In this document: positions 1 through 8,669 of the stretch, piece after piece
Layout: every line of letters begins with the position of its first letter
Numbering within the stretch: the stretch's first letter is position 1
Assembly: GCA_040758355.1 (NCBI GenBank)
Contig: JBFLWF010000002.1
Coordinates: 1-64,000, forward strand
DNA length: 64,000 nucleotides
Direction of reading: 5' to 3'
Source: Nitrospirota bacterium
GTDB lineage: Bacteria > Nitrospirota > Thermodesulfovibrionia > Thermodesulfovibrionales > Dissulfurispiraceae
Notes under the pieces: model-generated
Seen by the model: the letters and a program-made list of their open reading frames with translations, nothing else
Databases searched by the model: none
What the model was told of the DNA's origin: nothing
Translations under genes and position numbers: made by a program

Positions 1-99
1 TATTTTTTCCCATACGGTAATCATACGGATTTTCTCGCCCCTTTGAAAGCTCTTTCCCCATTATTTGAAGCCATGTTATACCGCTTCAAGTCCATCGGT

Positions 100-570
100 T
101 TACCCACTCTCTTCCACGATGAGCCTTATTTTATTTATTATCTCTGTTGTTGAAACGCCGCTAATATAGGGTAGGCTGTGAGTCTCCGGCACGATGTCAG
201 AGCCCACGATGTCCTCTTTCTTCCAGTCTCCGCCTTTTACAAGGACATCAGGCATTAGATGTTTGATTAGTTCATAAGGAGTATCTTCATTAAATATCGT
301 CACATAATCTACCATTTCGAGGGATGACAGGACTTCTGCCCTATGATTCTCTGCATTTATTGGTCTGCCGGGTTTGATTTTGCTTACAGATGAATCGGAG
401 TTTAAGCCGATAACCAATACATCGCCTAATTTTTTAGCCTCCCTTAGATACCTGACATGCCCGATATGTATTATGTCAAAACAGCCATTGGTGAAGACGA
501 TTTTTTTCCCATCGGTCTTGAGCCCGTCTATCACTGTTTTCAGGTTATTCCAGTTCAGTATCTGTCCCAT
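100..570 (-). CDS. hldC: D-glycero-beta-D-manno-heptose 1-phosphate adenylyltransferase (RfaE domain II)
   Basis: FTNGCFDIIHIGH cytidylyltransferase motif; GLNSDSSV; LVKGGDW; GVSTT. Confidence 0.92.
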   Translation of the reverse strand: MGQILNWNNLKTVIDGLKTDGKKIVFTNGCFDIIHIGHVRYLREAKKLGDVLVIGLNSDSSVSKIKPGRPINAENHRAEVLSSLEMVDYVTIFNEDTPYELIKHLMPDVLVKGGDWKKEDIVGSDIVPETHSLPYISGVSTTEIINKIRLIVEESG

Positions 571-1003
571 GAACTACCAATTTCTCCTTTGCCTTTTCCA
601 ATATCTCCCTGTCACTTCTGTATGATACCTGTTTTATTGCATCCTCTATGTCAAACCACCGTGCCTCGTCAACTTCCCAACAGTAATCTCCTATGTTCCC
701 GCTGATATATTCCAGCAGAAAGTATGAGACGGTTTTCCTGCATTTTATGTTTTCGTCTTTAAGATAAAACCAGTAGGACTTATCGCCGAGCGTGTCTATG
801 ATTCTGCCGGTGAGCCCAGTCTCTTCCCTTATTTCCCTTACTGCAGAGGTCTCTGGCTGCTCTCCCCTGTCTATTATGCCCTTGGGCAATGTCCATACGG
901 TTTTGTTTTTTGTGGAGATGAGGGCTACTTCAAACTCCCCCCCTTTTTTTCTGAATATAACGCCGCCTGCCGAATGCAAATGCTTTATTGTTGCCGGTCT
1001 CAT
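545..1003 (-). CDS. NUDIX hydrolase
   Basis: Nudix box G-IIDRG-E-QPETSAV-REIREETG; SAGGV and LPKG motifs. Confidence 0.9.
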   Translation of the reverse strand: MRPATIKHLHSAGGVIFRKKGGEFEVALISTKNKTVWTLPKGIIDRGEQPETSAVREIREETGLTGRIIDTLGDKSYWFYLKDENIKCRKTVSYFLLEYISGNIGDYCWEVDEARWFDIEDAIKQVSYRSDREILEKAKEKLVVHGTDTELE

Positions 1004-1008
1004 AGTCT

Positions 1009-1040
1009 AATGCGGATCTCGGAATTCGGAATTCGGAATG
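1009..1040. repeat. 7-nt tandem array (AATTCGG-type), downstream arm of an inverted pair around the four-helix-bundle gene
   Basis: aatgcgg atctcgg aattcgg aattcgg aatg; imperfect inverse complement of 1391-1422. Confidence 0.85.
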
Positions 1041-1046
1041 TAATTT

Positions 1047-1421
1047 TCATGCTTTGTTTTGCCTCGCTGTTTTGATTGATGAAACAGTAATAGCAATTAT
1101 CTCATTGAATTCCTGATATAGACGCAATGCTTTATCATTATTTGCAATACCAGTCTCAATAAGCAATTCCAGCCAAAATAATGACTCATCCGCCTCTTCT
1201 TCAACAATTCCCATTTTCGATATAAAATCAGACCTTGATTTAGCTCGGCAAGCTGACCGATAATTAGCAGCTACAGATGTAGCAGACCTCAAAAGCTGCC
1301 TACCGATTATATCGGCAGTTTTTGTTTTAGGCAACTCTTCGACTAATTGAATTGTTTCCATAGCTAAATGTTTTGTTCTTTCTTTTAAATCGTTCCGCAT
1401 TCCGCACTCTGCACTCCGCAT
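1047..1421 (-). CDS. Four-helix-bundle protein (23S rRNA IVS-protein / TIGR02436-like family)
   Basis: QLLRSATSVAANYRSA..A.S..DFISKMGIVEEEADESLFWLELL signature; the first 10 codons are the repeat arm. Confidence 0.9.
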   Translation of the reverse strand: MRSAECGMRNDLKERTKHLAMETIQLVEELPKTKTADIIGRQLLRSATSVAANYRSACRAKSRSDFISKMGIVEEEADESLFWLELLIETGIANNDKALRLYQEFNEIIAITVSSIKTARQNKA

Positions 1422-1422
1422 T
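1391..1422. repeat. 7-nt tandem array (TTCCGCA-type), upstream arm of the inverted pair
   Basis: cgttccgcattccgcactctgcactccgcatt; encodes MRSAECGMRN on the minus strand. Confidence 0.85.
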
Positions 1423-2491
1423 ACGGAAGTGGCTTCCCGCTGATTAATCTGAAGATGTCATTGTACATCGCAAATACCATAAGGGTAATTATCACTGCAA
1501 GTCCGATGCGCTGGGCTATCATTATGGCCTTTTCGCTCAAAGGCTTTTTCCTTATGGCCTCTATGCCCAGGAATAAGAGGTGTCCTCCGTCGAGGATCGG
1601 TATGGGCAGAAGATTCAGTACGCCAAGGTTTATGCTGATTACTGCTGCAAAGGTGAAGAAATTCAATGCCCCTGCCGTAGCCTGTTTTTCTGCAAGCTGG
1701 AAGATGAGGATGGGGCCTCCGATGGTATCTGCAGGGATTATACGCTGAATGAGCTTTATTATCCCGACGATTGTCAGGGCAGATATCTCCCACGTCCTCA
1801 GGAAGGCGTTCTTTACGGAATTGTATACATTCTCTTTTATCTTAATTGTCTCTCCTGAAGGCTTTACTCCGATGAGCCCGATCTCTTTCTCCTCTCCGAA
1901 TATATCTTTTACTTTTTTACTTTCAGGGGTAATGGATATATCGATTATTTCCGATCCCCTTTGAACCTTCAGATTGAGCGTCTTGTTTGCACTTCCATAG
2001 ATTATATCTGTCATTTCTCCCCAGTGTCTTATAGGCCTTCCGTCTATTGTCATAATCCTGTCGCTTTTTGACAGCCCTGCTTTTAATGCAGGTGTATCGG
2101 GCATTATCTCTCCTACAACAGGAAGGAGTGTCGGCACTCCTATCATAAACACGAAGAAGAAGATAACCACTGCTGTTAAAAGGTTGAATATGGGCCCTGC
2201 AAAGACTATGGATGCCCTTTTCAGTACAGGCTGGTTTTTATAAGACCTTTCTTTTTCCGAATTTTCCACTTCTTCTTCGGGCTCCTCTCCAAGCATCTTC
2301 ACATATCCTCCCAAAGGAACAGCCGATATGAGGTATTCTGTATCTCCTATCTTTTTGCCGATGACCTTTGGCCCGAAGCCGAGGGAAAACCTGAGGACCT
2401 TCACTCCGCTCATTTTTGCGAATATGAAATGTCCCAATTCATGGATGAATATGAGAAACCCGAACAAAAGTATGGCAGATAAAATGCTCAT
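1421..2491 (-). CDS. rseP: RIP metalloprotease RseP
   Basis: HELGH, PDZ domain, NLLPIPILDGG; downstream of dxr. Confidence 0.96.
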   Translation of the reverse strand: MSILSAILLFGFLIFIHELGHFIFAKMSGVKVLRFSLGFGPKVIGKKIGDTEYLISAVPLGGYVKMLGEEPEEEVENSEKERSYKNQPVLKRASIVFAGPIFNLLTAVVIFFFVFMIGVPTLLPVVGEIMPDTPALKAGLSKSDRIMTIDGRPIRHWGEMTDIIYGSANKTLNLKVQRGSEIIDISITPESKKVKDIFGEEKEIGLIGVKPSGETIKIKENVYNSVKNAFLRTWEISALTIVGIIKLIQRIIPADTIGGPILIFQLAEKQATAGALNFFTFAAVISINLGVLNLLPIPILDGGHLLFLGIEAIRKKPLSEKAIMIAQRIGLAVIITLMVFAMYNDIFRLISGKPLP

Positions 2492-2508
2492 GTATTTAAC
2501 TCCTCTAT

Positions 2509-2578
2509 TTAAGTTATTAAGTCAATAAGTCATTAAAAATTTCCAATCGCTCAATGACTCAATTACTTAATGACTTAA
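2509..2578. repeat. Inverted pair of 8-nt tandem arrays (AAGTCATT / AATGACTY) forming a hairpin between dxr and rseP
   Basis: ttaagttattaagtcaataagtcattaa ... tcaatgactcaattacttaatgacttaa. Confidence 0.75.
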
Positions 2579-3746
2579 TTTCTCCTAATGTTTCCTCCCT
2601 TGCCCACCTGTCTGCCTCTAAGATAACATCGATATCATCGGCAGGCTGCAGTTTGCCGATGGCTCGATTAGAGTGGGAGTCCATCACTTTTTTTATTATA
2701 ACAGGTATGCTGTTAAAACCGATAATGCCGTCAAGGAATGCTGCCACAGCAATCTCATTGGATGCATTAAGCACAGCAGGCAGTGTGCCGCCTGTCTTTA
2801 GTGCAGAATATGCGAGGGAGAGGCATGGAAATGTCTTGTGATCCGGTTTCTGGAAGGTCAGTCCTGAAAGGCTTTCCCAATCAATGGGCTCAATCGCATC
2901 ATATAGTCTTTCGGGGTATGATAGGGCATAAGCGATCGGACCTTTCATATCAGGCTTCGAAAGCTGGGCTATATAGCTTCCATCAATGAACTCCACGATT
3001 GAATGCACGATACTCTGGGGATGGATAAGGACATCTATCCTTTCCGGAGGAAGACCGAAGAGATAATGCGCCTCTATGACCTCAAGCCCCTTGTTCATGA
3101 GGGTTGCGGAGTCTATGGTTATCTTTCTGCCCATGTTCCAGTTGGGATGCCTGAGGGCGCTTTCAGGAGAAACTTTCTCCAGCTCCTCTATGGTTTTACC
3201 CACAAATGGGCCACCTGATGCCGTAAGTATTATCTTTTTTATGGAGCATTTTTCATATCCCCTTATGCATTGAAATATGGCGCTGTGTTCGCTGTCCACA
3301 GGTAAAAGGGTTGCACCGTACTCTTTAACCGATGACATTACAAGATCGCCTGCCATTACGAGCGTCTCTTTATTTGCAAGGGCTATGACCTTGCCTGCCT
3401 TTATTGCTGCAATGGTGGGCAGAAGTCCGGCAGAGCCTACTATTGCGGATATGACTGTATCGGCATCCGGCATTGCAGCCACACGGCTTATGCCTTCTGT
3501 ACCGAAAAGTATTTCTATATTTTGGGATTTAAGATTTAAGATTTGAGATTTGAGACTTTTGTATGTATTTTCATCGGAAACAGCAACTATTTCTGGCCTG
3601 AACTGTTCTATTTGTTTTATCAGCAGCGATATGTTCCTTCCCGCTGCCAGTCCGATTATCTTGAACCTGTCAGGAAATTTTGAAACAACATCCAATGCGC
3701 TTTTGCCTATGGAACCTGTAGAGCCGAGGATTACGATGTTTTTCAT
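2559..3746 (-). CDS. dxr: 1-deoxy-D-xylulose-5-phosphate reductoisomerase
   Basis: ILGSTGSIG, LANKE, PVDSEHSAIFQ, TASGGPF, NKGLEVIEA. Confidence 0.97.
   Translation of the reverse strand: MKNIVILGSTGSIGKSALDVVSKFPDRFKIIGLAAGRNISLLIKQIEQFRPEIVAVSDENTYKSLKSQILNLKSQNIEILFGTEGISRVAAMPDADTVISAIVGSAGLLPTIAAIKAGKVIALANKETLVMAGDLVMSSVKEYGATLLPVDSEHSAIFQCIRGYEKCSIKKIILTASGGPFVGKTIEELEKVSPESALRHPNWNMGRKITIDSATLMNKGLEVIEAHYLFGLPPERIDVLIHPQSIVHSIVEFIDGSYIAQLSKPDMKGPIAYALSYPERLYDAIEPIDWESLSGLTFQKPDHKTFPCLSLAYSALKTGGTLPAVLNASNEIAVAAFLDGIIGFNSIPVIIKKVMDSHSNRAIGKLQPADDIDVILEADRWAREETLGEIKSLSN
3521..3555. repeat. 7-nt tandem array (TTTRRGA)x5, in frame inside dxr
   Basis: tttggga tttaaga tttaaga tttgaga tttgaga; peptide LKSQILNLKSQ. 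Confidence 0.8.
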
Positions 3747-4540
3747 AAAATTAATGTTATCCAGTAAAGCACAGGCCCTGCAAAGAGGACACCGTCTATT
3801 TTGTCGAGGATGCCGCCGTGTCCGGGAATAAAAGAGCCGGAGTCCTTAACCCCTGCGTCTCTCTTGAACATGGATTCAACGAGGTCTCCCACAATTGTGA
3901 CAGAGCCTATTGCACCGCCCATTAAGAGTAAGGCAGGGATATTACCATGTTCAGGAATAAGCAGCAGCCTGCCCAGCAAGAGAGCGGAAAATATTCCTCC
4001 TGCTACCGAGCCGAATGCGCCTGCCACAGTCTTGTTCGGGCTTACCTCTTTATAGAGTTTTCTCTTCCCTATGCCCTTGCCTATGTAATATGCAAGACTG
4101 TCAGATGCCCACACGCAGCCGTATAAAAATAGTATCCATTCATGGCCCTGAAGCCTCAGATACCACTGGGTAAGCAGAAGGTTAGGAATGTACAGAAAAC
4201 CTGTGACAGCCGGAGATATATCTCTTAATGATGATGAAGGGTCTTTAATAAAAAAAAGACGGGCTGATGATATAAGGATGAATGAAAGTATAAAAAAGGC
4301 TGAAGGCTGAAGGCTAAAGGCTGAAGATATAAAATATAATATACCGCTGATTATTCCTGTAAAAGAGAGCCATCTTTTTGTTTTATACATTGCATGGAAC
4401 TCCATCTGTGCGAGAGCCGAGACCGCGGTTAAGAGAAAAAGGAAAAAAACAGGCGGTAATTTTGTTATGTAGAGATAAAAGATGGGCAGTGCAATGACAG
4501 CAACAATTATCCGCTTCAGGTTCTCTTGACTAAAAAGCAC
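3743..4540 (-). CDS. cdsA: Phosphatidate cytidylyltransferase
   Basis: SPNKT, GDLVESMFKRDAGVKDSG..PGHGGILDKIDG; between uppS and dxr. Confidence 0.96.
   Translation of the reverse strand: MLFSQENLKRIIVAVIALPIFYLYITKLPPVFFLFLLTAVSALAQMEFHAMYKTKRWLSFTGIISGILYFISSAFSLQPSAFFILSFILISSARLFFIKDPSSSLRDISPAVTGFLYIPNLLLTQWYLRLQGHEWILFLYGCVWASDSLAYYIGKGIGKRKLYKEVSPNKTVAGAFGSVAGGIFSALLLGRLLLIPEHGNIPALLLMGGAIGSVTIVGDLVESMFKRDAGVKDSGSFIPGHGGILDKIDGVLFAGPVLYWITLIL
4296..4326. repeat. 7-nt tandem array (AAGGCTG)x4, in frame inside cdsA
   Basis: aaggctg aaggctg aaggcta aaggctg aag; peptide [10 protein letters not shown]. Confidence 0.85.
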
Positions 4541-5300
4541 TCCGAACTCCGAATCCCGAACCCCCTGAACCTGCCAATGGGCCCGCCAATGAGCCTGAAG
4601 AATTAGAAACCTTTCCGAACCTTCTATCCCTCATCTGGTATTCGTGTATTGCCTCTAAAAGCTCTTCCTTTGTGAAGTCAGGCCATAATGTGCTGGTGAA
4701 ATAGAACTCGGAATAGGCTGATTGCCAGAGCAGAAAGTTACTCAATCTCTGCTCTCCGCTTGTCCGTATTATGAGATCGGGATCAGGCGTTCCTGCGGTA
4801 TCCAGAAGTCCGCCTATGTGATCTTCCGTAATATCTTCAGGAATTAACCCTTTGTTTATTGCCTTTCTCATTGCCCTTATTATTTCGTCCCTTCCGCCGT
4901 AACTGAGGGCGCATTGTAAAATCAGCCTGTTGTTCTTCTCTGTTGCCTGTTCCACGGTTTCGATAATTGACTTAATATTTTCGGGCAGCTTATCCCTGTT
5001 GCCGATGACCCTGAAGCGGATTCCCTCCTTTATGAAATTCAGGAACTCTCCTCTCAGGGATTCCTCAAGCAGTCCCATGATCACGGAAACCTCATCCTCG
5101 GGCCTCATCCAGTTTTCTATGGAAAAGGCATATAGTGATAAGACCTCTACCCCTATGCCGCTTGCCGCCTCTGTGATTTCTTTTACCCTTTGCACTCCCA
5201 TTTTGTGTCCTTCAAAACGAGGCAGGCCTCTCATCTCTGCCCATCGGCCGTTTCCGTCCATTATTATGCCGATATGTCGTGGAATAGTCCTTTTTTCCAA
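4530..5300 (-). CDS. uppS: Undecaprenyl diphosphate synthase with a repeat-derived C-terminal tail
   Basis: HIGIIMDGNGRW, AFSIENW, RTSGEQRLSNFLLWQ; tail SGSLAGPLAGSGGSGFGVRSAF encoded by 12-nt and 7-nt repeats at 4538-4598. Confidence 0.96.
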   Translation of the reverse strand: MEKRTIPRHIGIIMDGNGRWAEMRGLPRFEGHKMGVQRVKEITEAASGIGVEVLSLYAFSIENWMRPEDEVSVIMGLLEESLRGEFLNFIKEGIRFRVIGNRDKLPENIKSIIETVEQATEKNNRLILQCALSYGGRDEIIRAMRKAINKGLIPEDITEDHIGGLLDTAGTPDPDLIIRTSGEQRLSNFLLWQSAYSEFYFTSTLWPDFTKEELLEAIHEYQMRDRRFGKVSNSSGSLAGPLAGSGGSGFGVRSAF

Positions 5301-5313
5301 AGTAAAAACCTCC

Positions 5314-5346
5314 TATAATAAGTCCAATAAGACTTATAAGACCTAT
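5314..5346. repeat. 9-nt tandem array (ATAAGAC/ATAAGTC core) upstream of uppS
   Basis: taataagtc caataagac ttataagac ctatt. Confidence 0.65.
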
Positions 5347-7103
5347 TATCTTCCTTTCAGTGAAAATATATACAGCATAGTGCCGAATGGACTTTCGCCT
5401 TTCAGTATATTCTGAGCCCTTATGCCGAACAGGGGTTTTGAAAGTACTGCCAACCTGTCGCCCACAACAGCATAATCGAGGATTTCCCCGCCTATCTCCT
5501 CAAGCAATCCCCTTTCCTCAACTGTAATGCCGTTCCACCAGAAGCTCCGTATTTCCGAGGACTTGTATCCAAGACCCTTTGCTATGCCGAGCAAAGGCTT
5601 CCGTTTCGGTGCAAGGACTTCATTGCTTTTAACAAAGAGCCTGTCCTTTACAGACCAATCTCCCCTGTCGACCATCACTGTTGGGGATTCCCTTTTAAAT
5701 TTTGCTGAGAAACCTCCGAAATCCTCCCTGCTGATCCATATCCTTACCCCCTTCTCATTGTAAAGGTTAAGATAACCTTTTTCGTCCCATGATAGGATGG
5801 CCTGTTTTCCATCCGAGGAATTGACGGGCTGAAAATCATAGATATCTACACCTTCCGGCAGTTTGATAGTATCGCCTTTTTTGTATGTCCCGCCGGAATA
5901 TACGAACGAGAACACACTTCCATCATAACCGTTACTTTTAGTGTATCCCTGACCTGCAATTGTAATATTATTATCTACTCTGGCGAGCTTTCTTATGAAG
6001 GTATCCTTTACCTTGTAAAGTTGGACAAATCCTGAATCCTTTAATTCGTATATATATGAATTAACCTCTCCACCCTGTATGGATGTGACAACTATTTCGT
6101 CTCTCTTGTTCTTGTTAGCGTCAACAACATCGAGCCAGAGTACCTCACTGGTTGACGGCACTTTGAATTCCCATAACAGCTTCAAGTCAACACCGGGCTT
6201 GTAAACCCTTATGGCGTCTCCAGATGCAATGACTATATCCGGGTTCTCATCGCCGTCCATGTCTCCCACTGCAATGCGGCGAGCTCCAAAGGGAAGTTGG
6301 AAGGACAGGAGTACATCTCCTTCTCTGGGCCCGAAAAATCCTGATTTAAATCTCAGTTCTTTGACATAGGCGGTGTTCACCTGGACCTTTTTCCCCGAAA
6401 AATGTTTTGAATCGCTTGCCCAGAAGAGTTTTTGTGTCAGATTTATATGGTCTGTAAAGTCCTCTGCGTTCAGGACTAACACCGCCTCTGCGCCCTTTGC
6501 CTTTGCCTCAGAGACTATCTTCAGCATGTCATCGGTTTCGACCCCCGTATCCACCAATTCGAATCTTCCGCTGTCCTTGAGCATCTGGTAGTAGGCATCC
6601 CCCAAAAACCAGTCGACATTTCCCTGAAAGAATAATACCTTTATCTTTGTCCCGGGGATCTTGATCTTTGCATTTAAAAAATCCTCGGGTTTTCCTTTTG
6701 TGATTATGCCTGAAGCATCATTCGGCGTTGTTGCTGTGATTTCAATACTTCCAACGGGTATTTCAATCCTGCCCAGGGATTCTTTCGTAACAGGATGGAC
6801 GAAGCTCACACCCTCCTTGAAGGCATGAAGCCTCATTCCCGCCTTGACGGATTTTTGTGCTCCGACGTCTATTTTGACAGAGTTTCCATCAACGGAAATA
6901 ATCTTACCTGTAACAGGTTCGAAGTAAGAGAGGATTTCGTTTTTCAAGGCATTCAGGGATGCCTCTTGCCCTGCCTTCGATTCCTTTGTCTGGGCATTGA
7001 CAGGCTGCGTATTGAAATACAAAATGCAAAATGAAAAAATCAAAATTATGGAATACATTAATTTTGCATTTTGTATTTTGATTTTTGGTTTTATGGTTAT
7101 CAC
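5346..7103 (-). CDS. Exported protein with FG-GAP/VCBS-like repeats
   Basis: Signal-peptide-like N-terminus; AVGDMDGDENPDIV and DVVDANKNKRDEIVV motifs. Confidence 0.7.
   Translation of the reverse strand: MITIKPKIKIQNAKLMYSIILIFSFCILYFNTQPVNAQTKESKAGQEASLNALKNEILSYFEPVTGKIISVDGNSVKIDVGAQKSVKAGMRLHAFKEGVSFVHPVTKESLGRIEIPVGSIEITATTPNDASGIITKGKPEDFLNAKIKIPGTKIKVLFFQGNVDWFLGDAYYQMLKDSGRFELVDTGVETDDMLKIVSEAKAKGAEAVLVLNAEDFTDHINLTQKLFWASDSKHFSGKKVQVNTAYVKELRFKSGFFGPREGDVLLSFQLPFGARRIAVGDMDGDENPDIVIASGDAIRVYKPGVDLKLLWEFKVPSTSEVLWLDVVDANKNKRDEIVVTSIQGGEVNSYIYELKDSGFVQLYKVKDTFIRKLARVDNNITIAGQGYTKSNGYDGSVFSFVYSGGTYKKGDTIKLPEGVDIYDFQPVNSSDGKQAILSWDEKGYLNLYNEKGVRIWISREDFGGFSAKFKRESPTVMVDRGDWSVKDRLFVKSNEVLAPKRKPLLGIAKGLGYKSSEIRSFWWNGITVEERGLLEEIGGEILDYAVVGDRLAVLSKPLFGIRAQNILKGESPFGTMLYIFSLKGR
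7015..7085. repeat. Inverted pair of 7-nt arrays (CAAAATG / CATTTTG) within the signal-peptide coding region
   Basis: Perfect 18-bp inverted repeat aaatacaaaatgcaaaat (7015-7032) / attttgcattttgtattt (7061-7078). Confidence 0.85.
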
Positions 7104-7247
7104 CGAATTTATCCTCCTGCAATTAGTTCATGGTGCTTATGAACATGGACGATGAGCCAAGAACCATGTTAGACAGTTTAAAATATAGGTCGCCTATAAG
7201 TCAAAACCCCTTGACTAAAAAGGACGTTAAAGGTTTTAATAAACACT

Positions 7248-8033
7248 ATGAAAAAATGGCAAATGGCAAATGACAAATGGCTTTTTCTTTTCTTTGCTCT
7301 CTGCTCTCTGCTCTTTATTCTTACCTCATGCGGGGGCGGCAAGGCGGTGAAGAAGGAGGAGGGCTTTGATCCCGAAAGGTATCTGTCGCGGGCTGATATC
7401 CTTATTAATGACAAGGAATACGAGGAGGCGAGGAAAGTTCTCCTTGAAGTGAAAAACAGGGACAATACGAAAAAGCATGCACCGCAGGCACAGCTTAAGA
7501 TTGCCGAGTCCTACATAAGGGATGGCGACATAGACATCGGCATTGAGGAGTACAGGAAATTCATGGAGCTTTATCCGGATAATCAATATGCCTCATATGC
7601 CCAGTATCAGATCGGCATGGCATATTTTTCACAGATAGAATCTCCTGACAGGGGATCCGGGGCAGCACAGAAGGCACTGCTGGAATTTATAAGATTAAAG
7701 GAAATATATCCGAGAAATCCTTACAGGGAGGCATTGGAGCTCAGGATAGAGAAGTGCAGGAATGTGATTGCAGACGGCGAACTCATGGTCGGCGAGTTCT
7801 ACTATAAAAAGGAATCGTATAATGCAGCCATAAACAGGCTTGAAGGTCTGCTCAAACAATTCCCTGAATATAAAAGAGGTGATGAGGCATTGATTCTCCT
7901 GGCAAGGGCCTATAAGTCGGCTAAGATGGACGAGAAGGCCAGAGAGGCATTTAATAAATTAATCGAGAAATACCCTTCAAGCAGATTCGCCCCTGATGCA
8001 AAAAAAGAATTAGAGAAGTTTAAGGGCAAATAA
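7248..8033 (+). CDS. bamD: Outer membrane protein assembly factor BamD (lipoprotein, TPR)
   Basis: Lipobox LTSC; TPR-like repeats; YYKKESYNAAINR motif. Confidence 0.88.
   Translation: MKKWQMANDKWLFLFFALCSLLFILTSCGGGKAVKKEEGFDPERYLSRADILINDKEYEEARKVLLEVKNRDNTKKHAPQAQLKIAESYIRDGDIDIGIEEYRKFMELYPDNQYASYAQYQIGMAYFSQIESPDRGSGAAQKALLEFIRLKEIYPRNPYREALELRIEKCRNVIADGELMVGEFYYKKESYNAAINRLEGLLKQFPEYKRGDEALILLARAYKSAKMDEKAREAFNKLIEKYPSSRFAPDAKKELEKFKGK
7254..7316. repeat. Two 7-nt arrays, (AAATGGC)x4 and (TCTGCTC)x3, in the bamD signal sequence
   Basis: aaatggc aaatggc aaatgac aaatggc ... tttgctc tctgctc tctgctc. Confidence 0.8.
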
Positions 8034-8043
8034 CCGTTAACCG

Positions 8044-8667
8044 ATGACTAACTACTATCCTGCCTTCATAAATTTATGCGGAAAAAATTGCATTGTCGTT
8101 GGCGGAGGAAAGGTTGCTGAAAGGAAGATTGCAAGTCTTCTCGGTACAGAAGCCGAGGTTACTGTAATAAGCCCTGACCTTACCGATACCCTTGAAAAGC
8201 ATAAAAAGAATGGAAGGATAAAGCACGTAAAGAGGGATTATAAAAAGGGAGATCTGAAAAACGCATTTTTGGTTATTGCTGCTACATCCGACGAAAGAAT
8301 AAATAGCAAGGTATCAGGGGATGCCCCGTTTCTTGTCAATGTTGTTGACAGGCCTGAACTGGCGAATTTCATTGTTCCTTCTGTTGTGAGCAGGGGGCCT
8401 ATGACTATAGCAATTTCGACTTCGGGTGCAAGCCCGGCTATGGCAAAGGCAGTGAGAAAAGAGCTTGAACTCCTTTATAATAAAAACTTCGGGCACTTCC
8501 TTGCATTTTTAAGGCAATTACGAAAGAAGGCAATGAGAGACATTCCTGATAACAAAGAAAGGGAGAGGCTTTTAAAGGAAGCTGGTTCAAAGGAGATTTT
8601 GAGTATTTTGAGAAAGAATGGCTTTAAAGCGGCAAAAAATAAGGTTTTGGAGAAGATAAAGATTTAA
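8044..8667 (+). CDS. sirC: Precorrin-2 dehydrogenase / sirohydrochlorin ferrochelatase (CysG N-terminal type)
   Basis: VVGGGKVAERK, NVVDRP, ISTSGASP. Confidence 0.88.
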   Translation: MTNYYPAFINLCGKNCIVVGGGKVAERKIASLLGTEAEVTVISPDLTDTLEKHKKNGRIKHVKRDYKKGDLKNAFLVIAATSDERINSKVSGDAPFLVNVVDRPELANFIVPSVVSRGPMTIAISTSGASPAMAKAVRKELELLYNKNFGHFLAFLRQLRKKAMRDIPDNKERERLLKEAGSKEILSILRKNGFKAAKNKVLEKIKI

Positions 8668-8669
8668 AC

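Noticed and set aside
1..24. Possible minus-strand gene start (MITVWEKI) running off the window
   Set aside because: Too short to support a call.
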